From contig NZ_CP053627.1 of the NCBI RefSeq assembly GCF_013177435.1, positions 1,410,001 through 1,442,000 of the forward strand: 32,000 bases of DNA. The letters are read 5' to 3'. Below, piece after piece: positions 1-7,376 of this stretch. Below the pieces are notes generated by a model. That model searched no databases. It saw only the letters and a list, made by a program, of their open reading frames with translations, and had not been told where the DNA came from. The position numbers were made by a program, and so were the translations under genes. Source of the DNA: Xylella taiwanensis (GTDB lineage: Bacteria > Pseudomonadota > Gammaproteobacteria > Xanthomonadales > Xanthomonadaceae). The stretch's first letter is position 1. Each line of letters opens with the position of its first letter.

Positions 1-824
1 AGTTCCGCACCAGGAATATCCGCCATAAAGCGTTCGCCGCGTTCGTTAATGAGCTGCGCGCCTTCGCCGCGGACAGCCTCGCTGACGAGTGCCAGTGGGC
101 GATCATGGCAATGGAGTGCAGTCGGATGGAACTGCACGAACTCCATGTCGGCAAGTACGGCACCAGCACGTGCAGCCATCGCGATGCCCTGGCCAAAGTT
201 GTTCACCGGATTGGTCGTTGCATCATAAAGCCCGCCGATGCCGCCCGTTGCCAGAAGAATTCTTGATGAAGGCAACACAATATCTGATACCAGATTGGAA
301 AGTAGCAATCCACAGACTGCGTTGTCCGCCATCAGGATTTGCCGCGCTTCGACTCCCTCCATCACCGTGATCGATGGATCGTTGAGAACAGCAGCAGTCA
401 ATGCCTGGACAATCACTGCTCCCGACTTATCGCCCTCAACATGCACAATACGACGGCGGGAATGGGCTGCTTCCAGCCCAAGCGCCAGATTGCCGTTGCT
501 ATCTTGGTCGAATCGGACACCAAAGTGTTCCAGAACATTAAAAGCATGAACTGCTTCCGAAATGATGCTCTCTGCCGCCATTGCATCACAAAGACCATCA
601 CCAGCCGCTAGGGTATCGGCAAGATGCAAACTGGCATTGTCATCGGGTCCAAGGCTCACAGACATTCCCCCCTGGGCCCACGCGCTTGATGTTTCTGCGC
701 CCAAGGTACTGCGCGTGACAAGAACTGATGGTTCAGGAGAAATCGTAAGCGCTGCGATCAGACCCGCAAGACCGCTACCAACGATGATCGGGCGGTCTGC
801 AAGATGGTCCAATATCTCAGCCAT
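1..824 (-). CDS. nadB: L-aspartate oxidase, N-terminal part (the gene runs off the left edge of the window)
   Basis: Absent from the ORF track because it has no stop in the window. My minus-strand translation from the ATG at 824-822 gives [27 protein letters not shown] (GSGLAG dinucleotide-binding motif), then [11 protein letters not shown] and [11 protein letters not shown]. The frame stays open to position 1. A GAGGAG-like SD lies just upstream. The start is 12 nt after the nadA stop, so the two genes form an operon. Confidence 0.85.
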   Translation of the reverse strand, partial: MAEILDHLADRPIIVGSGLAGLIAALTISPEPSVLVTRSTLGAETSSAWAQGGMSVSLGPDDNASLHLADTLAAGDGLCDAMAAESIISEAVHAFNVLEHFGVRFDQDSNGNLALGLEAAHSRRRIVHVEGDKSGAVIVQALTAAVLNDPSITVMEGVEARQILMADNAVCGLLLSNLVSDIVLPSSRILLATGGIGGLYDATTNPVNNFGQGIAMAARAGAVLADMEFVQFHPTALHCHDRPLALVSEAVRGEGAQLINERGERFMADIPGAE

Positions 825-836
825 ATTGCTCCTCGG

Positions 837-1889
837 TCATATCGTCAGCATCCTTTCAACGGCTCGCCGCGCGGGGGCAGCAATCTCAGCATCCACCGTC
901 ACCTCATAACGGTTTTCTTCCAATGCGGCCCGGATATTGGCAAGTGTGATCCGTTTCATGTGCGGGCAGAGATTGCAGGAACGGATGAACTCAACATCTG
1001 GATGATGGACGGCAATGTTATCGCTCATCGAGCATTCTGTCAGAAGTACCACTCGCGCCGGCTTCTTAGCATCGACATAGTCGGACATCGCTGCAGTCGA
1101 GCCTGCGAAATCTGCCTCTGCCACCACATCGGGTGGACATTCGGGATGAGCGAGCACGGTGATACCTGGATGATCTTCGCGCAGCTGCAAGATATCGTTG
1201 GCCGAGAAAAGTTCATGTACTTCGCAATGACCATGCCAGGAGATGATTTCGACATCCGTTTCTTTGGCAATATTACGTGCTAAGTATTCGTCTGGAATCA
1301 TCAGCACTTTGGGAACACCGAGTGCCTCTACCACCTTCCTGGCATTGCCCGACGTGCAACAGATATCTGAAGCCGCTTTCACGGCTGCTGAAGTATTCAC
1401 ATATGTGACGATAGGAACACCAGGATGCGCCTGACGCAATAATGCGACATCCTGTGGTGTAATCGACTCAGCCAAAGAACAGCCTGCCTCCATATCGGGG
1501 ATCAAGACCGTTTTTTCCGGATTCAGGAGCTTTGCCGTCTCTGCCATGAAATGCACCCCGGCAAGGACAATGACATCGGCATCGACATCGATCGCCTTGC
1601 GGGCCAGTGCGAGACTGTCACCCACAATGTCGGCAACACCATGAAAGATCTCTGGGGTCTGGTAATTATGCGCAAGAATGACAGCATTTCGTTTACGTTT
1701 GAGTTCGAAGATCGCCTCAATGTCATTGTCAAACTTCATCCGGGCCGCTTTCGAGGCGAAACAGTCGCCGCATTTATCGAGACACGAAGATAAAACGGCG
1801 TGGTTCACTGCGATCTCCTTTATGCCAATTTCGAGCATATTATCGCTTCTTCCGAGAAACCTATAGGTTGACGTGTCTCTGAAACTCAT
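837..1889 (-). CDS. nadA: Quinolinate synthase NadA (short archaeal/Thermotoga-like type). The true start may be internal, at M18 (1838) or M51 (1739).
   Basis: Motifs seen: [52 protein letters not shown] and TECSMSDN. The core from aa 51 onward is collinear with my recollection of the ~300-aa Pyrococcus-type NadA. Confidence 0.9.
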   Translation of the reverse strand: MSFRDTSTYRFLGRSDNMLEIGIKEIAVNHAVLSSCLDKCGDCFASKAARMKFDNDIEAIFELKRKRNAVILAHNYQTPEIFHGVADIVGDSLALARKAIDVDADVIVLAGVHFMAETAKLLNPEKTVLIPDMEAGCSLAESITPQDVALLRQAHPGVPIVTYVNTSAAVKAASDICCTSGNARKVVEALGVPKVLMIPDEYLARNIAKETDVEIISWHGHCEVHELFSANDILQLREDHPGITVLAHPECPPDVVAEADFAGSTAAMSDYVDAKKPARVVLLTECSMSDNIAVHHPDVEFIRSCNLCPHMKRITLANIRAALEENRYEVTVDAEIAAPARRAVERMLTI

Positions 1890-2519
1890 TTACTGAATCA
1901 AAATAGGTCTACTGCCAAGCAAGGCTGCATTATGGTCAATCTCTGTGCGGAGGCGGTGGCATGTTATGGCCGTTAGTTCATGAAGAGTGATGTTCTGGTA
2001 AAAATCGAGAGGTGTGCACTCAACAGAGTATTTAATATTGGCGTTCATGGCCAATATGACCCCAAAAGATGCGATCGTTCATTGGGATCACCTTGAGAGA
2101 TTCAACAGTTGAGTAGACATCGCTTGTGTTGCAAACACCATTTTCATCCTTCAAATATCATGATTGCGCAGTTCGTCCGCATCTCAGTATTCAAGAACTG
2201 ATTAAGCTATAAGAGGTTTCATAGCAGAGATGCTTGGCATTATTCCAGATAATGCCTCATTCGATTTCGCATCAATAAATCAGATAGATTCAATAGTGTT
2301 CTAGATAATTTCTTGCAGCTCCCTTGTCATGACTTGGATAATCTCCGTCATTAGGAAGAAAGTGCGAGCCTGGGTAGAAAAGATATTATGTAAAATCAGG
2401 TTAAACACCGACGCAGCCGATAACATTATCGACCGCGTGGTGATTGTATAGCTGATTCAGACTAAAGATGGAGGACAACGCGCGCTCGGCCAGCTCATTT
2501 ACGAGGCAATCCGTGTTCT

Positions 2520-3266
2520 TCAGTGTTGATGGTGGAGATGATGACTTAGGTTCCCCTCCTCCTTTTTTGCCACCTCGAACAAATAGTTGACATAGTTCCA
2601 GTTCACCACTGTCCACCATGCGTTCAGATAATCAGCACGCTTGTACTTGTACTTCAAATAGTAGGCATGCTCCCAGACATCCACCCCCAGCAATGGCTGA
2701 CCGGGTACCTCAGCGACATCCATCAGTGGGTTGTCCTGATTGGGCGTTGAGGTGATCTGCAAACCGCTGCTGGTCAATATCATCCAAGCCCAACCTGAGC
2801 CAAAACGACTAGTTGCGGCCTTGTTAAAGCGCTCCTTGAAAGCATCCAATGAACCAAAGTCTTTTTTAATTTGTGCTTCGAGTGTGGCCGATGGTTTCCC
2901 TCCCTTGCCAACCGGAGCCATCATCTTCCAGAACTCACTGTGGTTCCAGTGGCCACCGGCATTGTTTCGTATCACTGGCGGCAACGTTGAGGCGATGGCA
3001 AGCAGTTGCTCCAAGGTCTTTCCGGATAGTGCAGGTACATCCTTGATTGCATTATTGAGGTTATCTACGTAGGTTCTGTGATGGAAATCGTGATGGAAAG
3101 TCATTGTCTCCGTGTCAATCGCCGGTTCCAGCGCGCTGACAGCGTAGGGGAGTGGCGGCAACGTGAACGGCGCAGTCTGTGACTGCGTGGCAGCAAAAGA
3201 TATGAAAGGAGTGAACAATGCAATAATCAGGCAGAGCGCTAAGTGGCCTTGTCTCAAAAAAAACAT
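2520..3266 (-). CDS. sodA: Mn-type Fe/Mn-family superoxide dismutase with a predicted N-terminal signal peptide and a His-rich C-terminal tail
   Basis: FHHDFHH, NNAGGHWNHSEFW (GGH is the Mn-type signature, versus AAQ in Fe-SOD), TPNQDNP and DVWEHAYYL. The first ~27 aa (MFFLRQGHLALCLIIALFTPFISFA|AT) have n-, h- and AXA-like regions. The C-terminus is EEGNLSHHLHHQH. Confidence 0.85.
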   Translation of the reverse strand: MFFLRQGHLALCLIIALFTPFISFAATQSQTAPFTLPPLPYAVSALEPAIDTETMTFHHDFHHRTYVDNLNNAIKDVPALSGKTLEQLLAIASTLPPVIRNNAGGHWNHSEFWKMMAPVGKGGKPSATLEAQIKKDFGSLDAFKERFNKAATSRFGSGWAWMILTSSGLQITSTPNQDNPLMDVAEVPGQPLLGVDVWEHAYYLKYKYKRADYLNAWWTVVNWNYVNYLFEVAKKEEGNLSHHLHHQH

Positions 3267-3926
3267 GCTGTCTCTCCAAGGATCATGTCGTTGCGACGGA
3301 GTCCAGAATCTACCATCCCCTCAAGCAAAGTCCAGATGAAACAAACCATGTGGTCAGCTTCACGCAATTCTTGCAAAAGGGCAGGCTTGTATGAATCTCT
3401 CCAATCCAATCAAAGTTTGTTATCAAAACCAGGATCCATTGGAAGTTGCAGGAGCTTTATCCTTACAGCCTGGTATTGTTAGTAGTGTTAAATCAGATGC
3501 CGAGTCTTGTATAGAGGGTGATTGTAGTTCCACCTTGCACTGAGCGTTAAATTGGAGACAATTATTTAGACCATCCAGAATTGCCTCGTTGCACTGATTT
3601 TGTCTCTTAGGCCTAAAAGGCAGAAAATCGATAAATACACTAGATAACACTCGTGCGTAGCCTTCAACTCATAGTCTATGTGCGTCGCGTTACTTGCTTA
3701 TTTGTTAGTACTAGACAGGCTGTGGCCAAAGCTCATGCTCCGATAGCCTGCCTATGTGCATTATGTTTACGGTCGACGATATGGGTTTATCGATGATGCC
3801 CACCCCAGCGACCTCGTCTTCTATATCTTAGAACCAGCACGCTACCCCACTTAACCATGAATAGCAGAAAGAACCAGAGCATGTCGTACAATTCCGCTGC
3901 TCTGTGTTCGAATTTTTATTTATCAG

Positions 3927-4733
3927 ATGCAATTGATCGACATTGGCGCCAATCTCACCCATGAGTCGTTTGATCACGACCGCGATGCAGTCTTACAGCG
4001 CGCCTATGACGCAGGTGTAGTGCAGATGGTAGTTACTGGAACCAGCCGCACACATTCACCGCGTGCGGTGCTACTAGCTCAGCGTCATCCTCGCGTGCTA
4101 TATGCCACTGCGGGGGTGCATCCGCACTATGCGGCTGAATACACCGACGAATGCGATGCTGAGATGCGGATACTGCATACATATAAGGAAGTAGTGGCGG
4201 TCGGTGAATGCGGCCTGGACTACTTTCGAGATTTTTCTCCACGCAGGACTCAACACCGGGCGTTCGAACGGCAATTGCAGTTGGCCAGTGAGAACGGGAA
4301 ACCATTGTTTCTACATCAACGTGAAGCACATAACGACTTTATGGCGATGATGCGCGGCTTTGATGGTCGCCTCGGTCCAGTAGTTGTGCATTGCTTCACT
4401 GGTGCACGTGAGGAGCTGTTCGACTACCTGGATCATGATTGGCACATCGGTATCACTGGCTGGCTGTGCGATGAGCGCCGTGGTATGCATCTGCGCGAAC
4501 TGGTGCGGCATATTCCAGAAAAACGCTTGATGATTGAGACGGATGCACCTTACTTGCTACCACGCACATTGCGACCGTTGCCTAAGAACCGTCGTAATGA
4601 GCCGGCGTTTCTGACTCATATCATTACGGAACTGGCACGCAACCGTGGGGAAGACACGATTGCGTGCGCCAATCGCAGTACAGCGGTCACGCGTGAATTC
4701 TTCCGTCTTCCGGAACCCAGTTCATTTGTATGA
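3927..4733 (+). CDS. tatD: TatD-family metal-dependent DNase/hydrolase
   Basis: MQLIDIGANLTHESF resembles the E. coli TatD N-terminus. Also present: GECGLDYFRDFS, LFLHQREAH, VVHCFTG and IETDAPYLLPR. Confidence 0.85.
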   Translation: MQLIDIGANLTHESFDHDRDAVLQRAYDAGVVQMVVTGTSRTHSPRAVLLAQRHPRVLYATAGVHPHYAAEYTDECDAEMRILHTYKEVVAVGECGLDYFRDFSPRRTQHRAFERQLQLASENGKPLFLHQREAHNDFMAMMRGFDGRLGPVVVHCFTGAREELFDYLDHDWHIGITGWLCDERRGMHLRELVRHIPEKRLMIETDAPYLLPRTLRPLPKNRRNEPAFLTHIITELARNRGEDTIACANRSTAVTREFFRLPEPSSFV

Positions 4734-4838
4734 GCCTGGGTCATATTCTGGAATGCAACATTGATACCGGTAAATTCTTTCTATTATGGTTCCGTCCGAG
4801 TTTGTCCCATCATTTTTTGTAATTAAGGCGACTCATTC

Positions 4839-5852
4839 ATGTTGTATCTTGTGACGGGTATTCCTGGTAATGGAAAGACCTTGTATGCGGTGGATTGGTT
4901 AATCAGGCAAATTGAAATTGATAAAGCCCTTGTGGCTAAAGGGGCTGTGCCTCGTACGTATTACACGGATATTGAGGGGTTTGATGTGGAGGCGGTGCGC
5001 CGTCTTACTGGCTATGTGGTTGAGTCTGCTCCGCAGGATTGGCGTACAACGCCTCATGGCAGCGTGATTGTGTATGACGAGGCTCACCGGCTTTTTGATG
5101 GGGTTGGCCGTCCTGGTCGTTCTGATGATCCACGGGTGCGTGATCTTGATACACATCGGCATGGTGGGTATGACATCATGTTTATTACGCAGTCTCCTAC
5201 GAAGCTTCATCATGAGATCCGTCGGCTTGTGGGTGAGCATGTGCATTTGAGTCGTGCGATGGGATTACAGACGGCTGGTTTATTGCGCTGGCCGCGTGCC
5301 CAAGATGACCCTTACGACGTGAAGGAACGTGATAAGGCCGAGGAGGAGATTTGGAAGTTTCCTAAGGAGCGTTATGCGTTATATCGGTCTAGTACGCTGC
5401 ATACGGTCAGTCACAAGTTCAGGATTCCCAAGAAGGTATGGAGTGCTCTATCAGTGATGGTGACTGTTGCGGTGATTGGGTTTGTCTTTTGGCGTCATTA
5501 TGGTCATCCTACTGAAGGTCCTACTCTGGTTACTGCGGCCCCTGGGCAGGGGAGCTTGCTCCCCGCCCCTGGGCCGGTGCAGCGTGCGTTGATCTCTGGG
5601 ATGCGTGCCTATGCGTCTGTGGGGACGGAGCCTGCGCCTTCTTTGGCTGGTTGTGTCTCTTCGGAGCGTTCGTGTCGTTGTTTCAATACCGATGGTTATC
5701 AGATTGATATGAGTGCGGCGGAGTGTCGTCGTTTACTGGCCGCTCCATTGCCTTTTAATGTGTACCATCAATATGTGGTGGCTGCTTCGTCTGGGGCGGT
5801 GGCTGCTGCTGCTTCGACGCCGACGGCTTCAGGTGCATCTTCTTCTCATTAA
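4839..5852 (+). CDS. zot: Zot / pI-like inovirus morphogenesis P-loop ATPase
   Basis: Walker A GIPGNGKT is at aa 7-14 and a Walker B-like VIVYDEAH is present. A single TM helix (VWSALSVMVTVAVIGFVFW) lies near aa 200, followed by a Cys-containing periplasmic part and an Ala/Ser-rich tail. This is the classical pI/Zot architecture. Confidence 0.8.
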   Translation: MLYLVTGIPGNGKTLYAVDWLIRQIEIDKALVAKGAVPRTYYTDIEGFDVEAVRRLTGYVVESAPQDWRTTPHGSVIVYDEAHRLFDGVGRPGRSDDPRVRDLDTHRHGGYDIMFITQSPTKLHHEIRRLVGEHVHLSRAMGLQTAGLLRWPRAQDDPYDVKERDKAEEEIWKFPKERYALYRSSTLHTVSHKFRIPKKVWSALSVMVTVAVIGFVFWRHYGHPTEGPTLVTAAPGQGSLLPAPGPVQRALISGMRAYASVGTEPAPSLAGCVSSERSCRCFNTDGYQIDMSAAECRRLLAAPLPFNVYHQYVVAASSGAVAAAASTPTASGASSSH

Positions 5853-5897
5853 ACCGGTTATTCATCATTCATGAATCATTGAGTGATGATTTATATT

Positions 5898-6137
5898 TCA
5901 GAAGAATTTGATCGCAACTGTAGCAGCAGCGGCTCCTGCAGCGACTAGACTGCTGCCTACGACTACTGGGTACCATTTTGATTCTGTCATTAGTTTGCGG
6001 GTATGGGCGTTCACTTCGTGGATTTCAGCTTGTAACTTGGCTGTTTCTGCGTTCAGCTTAGCAGTTTCGGTGATGATTCTTCCGATTTGCAATTCACGTT
6101 CATTTGCCATGTCTTTGTTTTCTTCATTTTGCGTCAT
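5898..6137 (-). CDS. Small tail-anchored coiled-coil membrane protein of unknown function (phage-associated; XhlA-like architecture)
   Basis: ATG is preceded by GAGGAAACG (a strong SD). The N-terminal part has heptad-like LQIGRIITETAKLNAETAKLQAEIHEVNAHTRKL. The C-terminal TM is WYPVVVGSSLVAAGAAAATVAIKFF. Confidence 0.5.
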   Translation of the reverse strand: MTQNEENKDMANERELQIGRIITETAKLNAETAKLQAEIHEVNAHTRKLMTESKWYPVVVGSSLVAAGAAAATVAIKFF

Positions 6138-6192
6138 TGTCGTTTCCTCGTTTTTGTTCTTGTCTAGTCTAGCCTTTTACTGATTAGGGGGT

Positions 6193-6212
6193 GTAGGGGG
6201 CTAGCCCCCTAC
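6193..6212. repeat. Perfect 20-bp GC-rich palindrome gtagggggctagccccctac; possible hairpin or terminator between two minus-strand genes
   Basis: Read directly: the reverse complement equals the sequence itself. It lies 1 nt downstream of the stop of ORF 6214-6558. No clean U-tract follows on either strand. Confidence 0.6.
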
Positions 6213-6213
6213 G

Positions 6214-6558
6214 TTAACGCTTGTGTTGGCGTTGCATCAGTACTTGGCTGAGTAGGATGACCGATCCTATGTCCGTGTCTGGATATGTTCTGTTACGCAA
6301 ACCCGTTTTTTGGGCGTCGTCAATGAGGCGTTGATGATCGCTCGCGGCAGGGCCGCCTTGTAATGGAACCGCTCGTGCGTGCTCCATCATTTTTTGCCAT
6401 TCTCGTGCCAGTGTGCATGTGAGTGATAGCCATCGCAGTTGATACGGTTCGATGTATCGTCTTTCCGGTGTCACCAGATATCCGTTTCTGAATGCGAATC
6501 CCGTCCAGTTTTCATTGAGCACTTGATCGGCGATGGGATCTTCGATGACTACAGCCAT
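6214..6558 (-). CDS. Phage-associated hypothetical protein. The WTGFAFRNGYLVTPERRYIEPYQLRWLSL segment resembles DUF3653-type phage proteins, from memory.
   Basis: An intact 114-aa ORF in the same orientation as the repressor-like gene, 58 nt downstream of it. The family assignment is recollection only, and no strong SD is visible. Confidence 0.45.
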   Translation of the reverse strand: MAVVIEDPIADQVLNENWTGFAFRNGYLVTPERRYIEPYQLRWLSLTCTLAREWQKMMEHARAVPLQGGPAASDHQRLIDDAQKTGLRNRTYPDTDIGSVILLSQVLMQRQHKR

Positions 6559-6616
6559 GCTAGCGATGCTGGCGTTAGCATGGCTTTAACGTTATTCAGT
6601 TTCGTTTTCAATGCAG

Positions 6617-6994
6617 TTAACAGTTCTGGTGTGTACTGTGTCGATCTTCTTCTCCCATTTCGCATAATGCATAATCTGTCCACTTTGTGAATAATCTATT
6701 TTTCACATGATTCGACGCCTCTGATACGTTAGGGGAGGTAACGCCTAGCCCTATTATTCCTAGTGCGGCGGCTGTGCTGAGCCGTTCTAGCATTACTTTC
6801 CACATTGCACGTTCTGTTGGTGACTCTGCTCGTTCTGCATGGATTTTGGCTATCCAGGCTGGGCCGTCTAGTTTTGCCATTGCGCACAGTTGTGCGATTC
6901 GTTCATCTGATAGCTGCCCGCGTTCGTTTCGTGCTTGCCATAGCACTTGTCTTGTTACTCCCATTCGATCAGCTAGTGCTTTGTCTGATGGCAA
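6617..6994 (-). CDS. HTH DNA-binding, phage repressor-like protein (TTG start in the track)
   Basis: LADRMGVTRQVLWQARNERGQLSDERIAQLCAMA has the helix-turn-helix pattern of Cro/cI-type regulators. It resembles repressor-region proteins of Xanthomonas filamentous phages, from memory. The 3' end overlaps the dif-like site. Confidence 0.5.
   Translation of the reverse strand: MPSDKALADRMGVTRQVLWQARNERGQLSDERIAQLCAMAKLDGPAWIAKIHAERAESPTERAMWKVMLERLSTAAALGIIGLGVTSPNVSEASNHVKNRLFTKWTDYALCEMGEEDRHSTHQNC
6656..6683 (+). other. dif/attP-like XerC-XerD recombination site: perfect XerC arm, near-perfect spacer, degenerate XerD arm
   Basis: The site reads atttcgcataa|tgcata|atctgtccact. The Xanthomonas-type dif I remember is ATTTCGCATAA|TGTATA|TTATGTTAAAT. 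Matches are 11/11, 5/6 and 6/11 for the three parts. Positions 6658-6672 match 14/15 of the TTCGCATAATGTATA core shared by dif and the attP of Cf1c/phiLf/XacF1-type phages. Confidence 0.45.
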
Positions 6995-7376
6995 GCTGCA
7001 TTTTTCTATTAGAAGCTGAGGCCGAGGCGTGTAATTTCTGAATCATTGGGTATTGACCATGTTGAACGGAGTATAGGAGCAGGCTAGGTGCATCATCGAT
7101 ACTGAACGTGGCACTCGTATGGCAGTAGATATTGCTGATGTTTTTATATGTCAAATGGATTTCTGGTTTGGTCCACCATTCGTGCTGCAGCATTTGATCA
7201 GTTGTGTCATTGAGGACTGCATTATGTCAATAGCGATTGTTCTTATGATCTTCCCGTTTTTGTATTTGAATACCTATATCTGTCACACCGAAGTATTCCG
7301 ATAATGAGAGCGGATGGGATACAGCGTAAAGAGTGTCTTGTGGCATTAGCTTGTTTGTTGAAACCTTCAGCATGCA

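Larger units (their letters stand above)
4734..7376. mobile_element. 5'-truncated inovirus-like (filamentous phage / Xer-exploiting IMEX) remnant. The boundaries are approximate.
   Basis: It contains the inovirus hallmark pI/Zot gene, a reverse-strand HTH repressor-like module and a dif/attP-like site. No RCR initiator, ssDNA-binding, coat or adsorption genes lie upstream, because tatD ends only 105 nt before zot. Confidence 0.55.

Noticed and set aside
2264-2274. atttcgcatca repeats 9 nt of the XerC arm seen at 6656.
   Set aside because: Nothing dif-like follows it. A 9-mer recurrence in 2 x 32 kb has roughly a 1-in-4 chance expectation.
3758-3775. gtgcattatgtttacgg looks like the right half of dif.
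   Set aside because: Only the ttatgtt core matches. The left arm matches 2/11.
4730-4822. A 30-codon ORF (MSLGHILECNIDTGKFFLLWFRPSLSHHFL) overlaps the tatD stop and ends 16 nt before zot. It could be a gVI stump.
   Set aside because: It is too short and has no recognisable motif. It is mentioned only as a possible boundary clue, not as a feature.
5908-6183. A plus-strand 91-aa hydrophobic ORF antisense to the 79-aa gene.
   Set aside because: It has a TTG start and no SD. The opposite strand has ATG plus GAGGA, so I kept it only as part of a finding.
7205-7235. A second Xer-like half site: attatgtcaata resembles the XerD arm of dif (8/11). It could have marked the right end of the phage element.
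   Set aside because: The adjacent spacer matches 2/6 and the XerC-arm position only 1/11. A lone 8/11 half-site is expected by chance.
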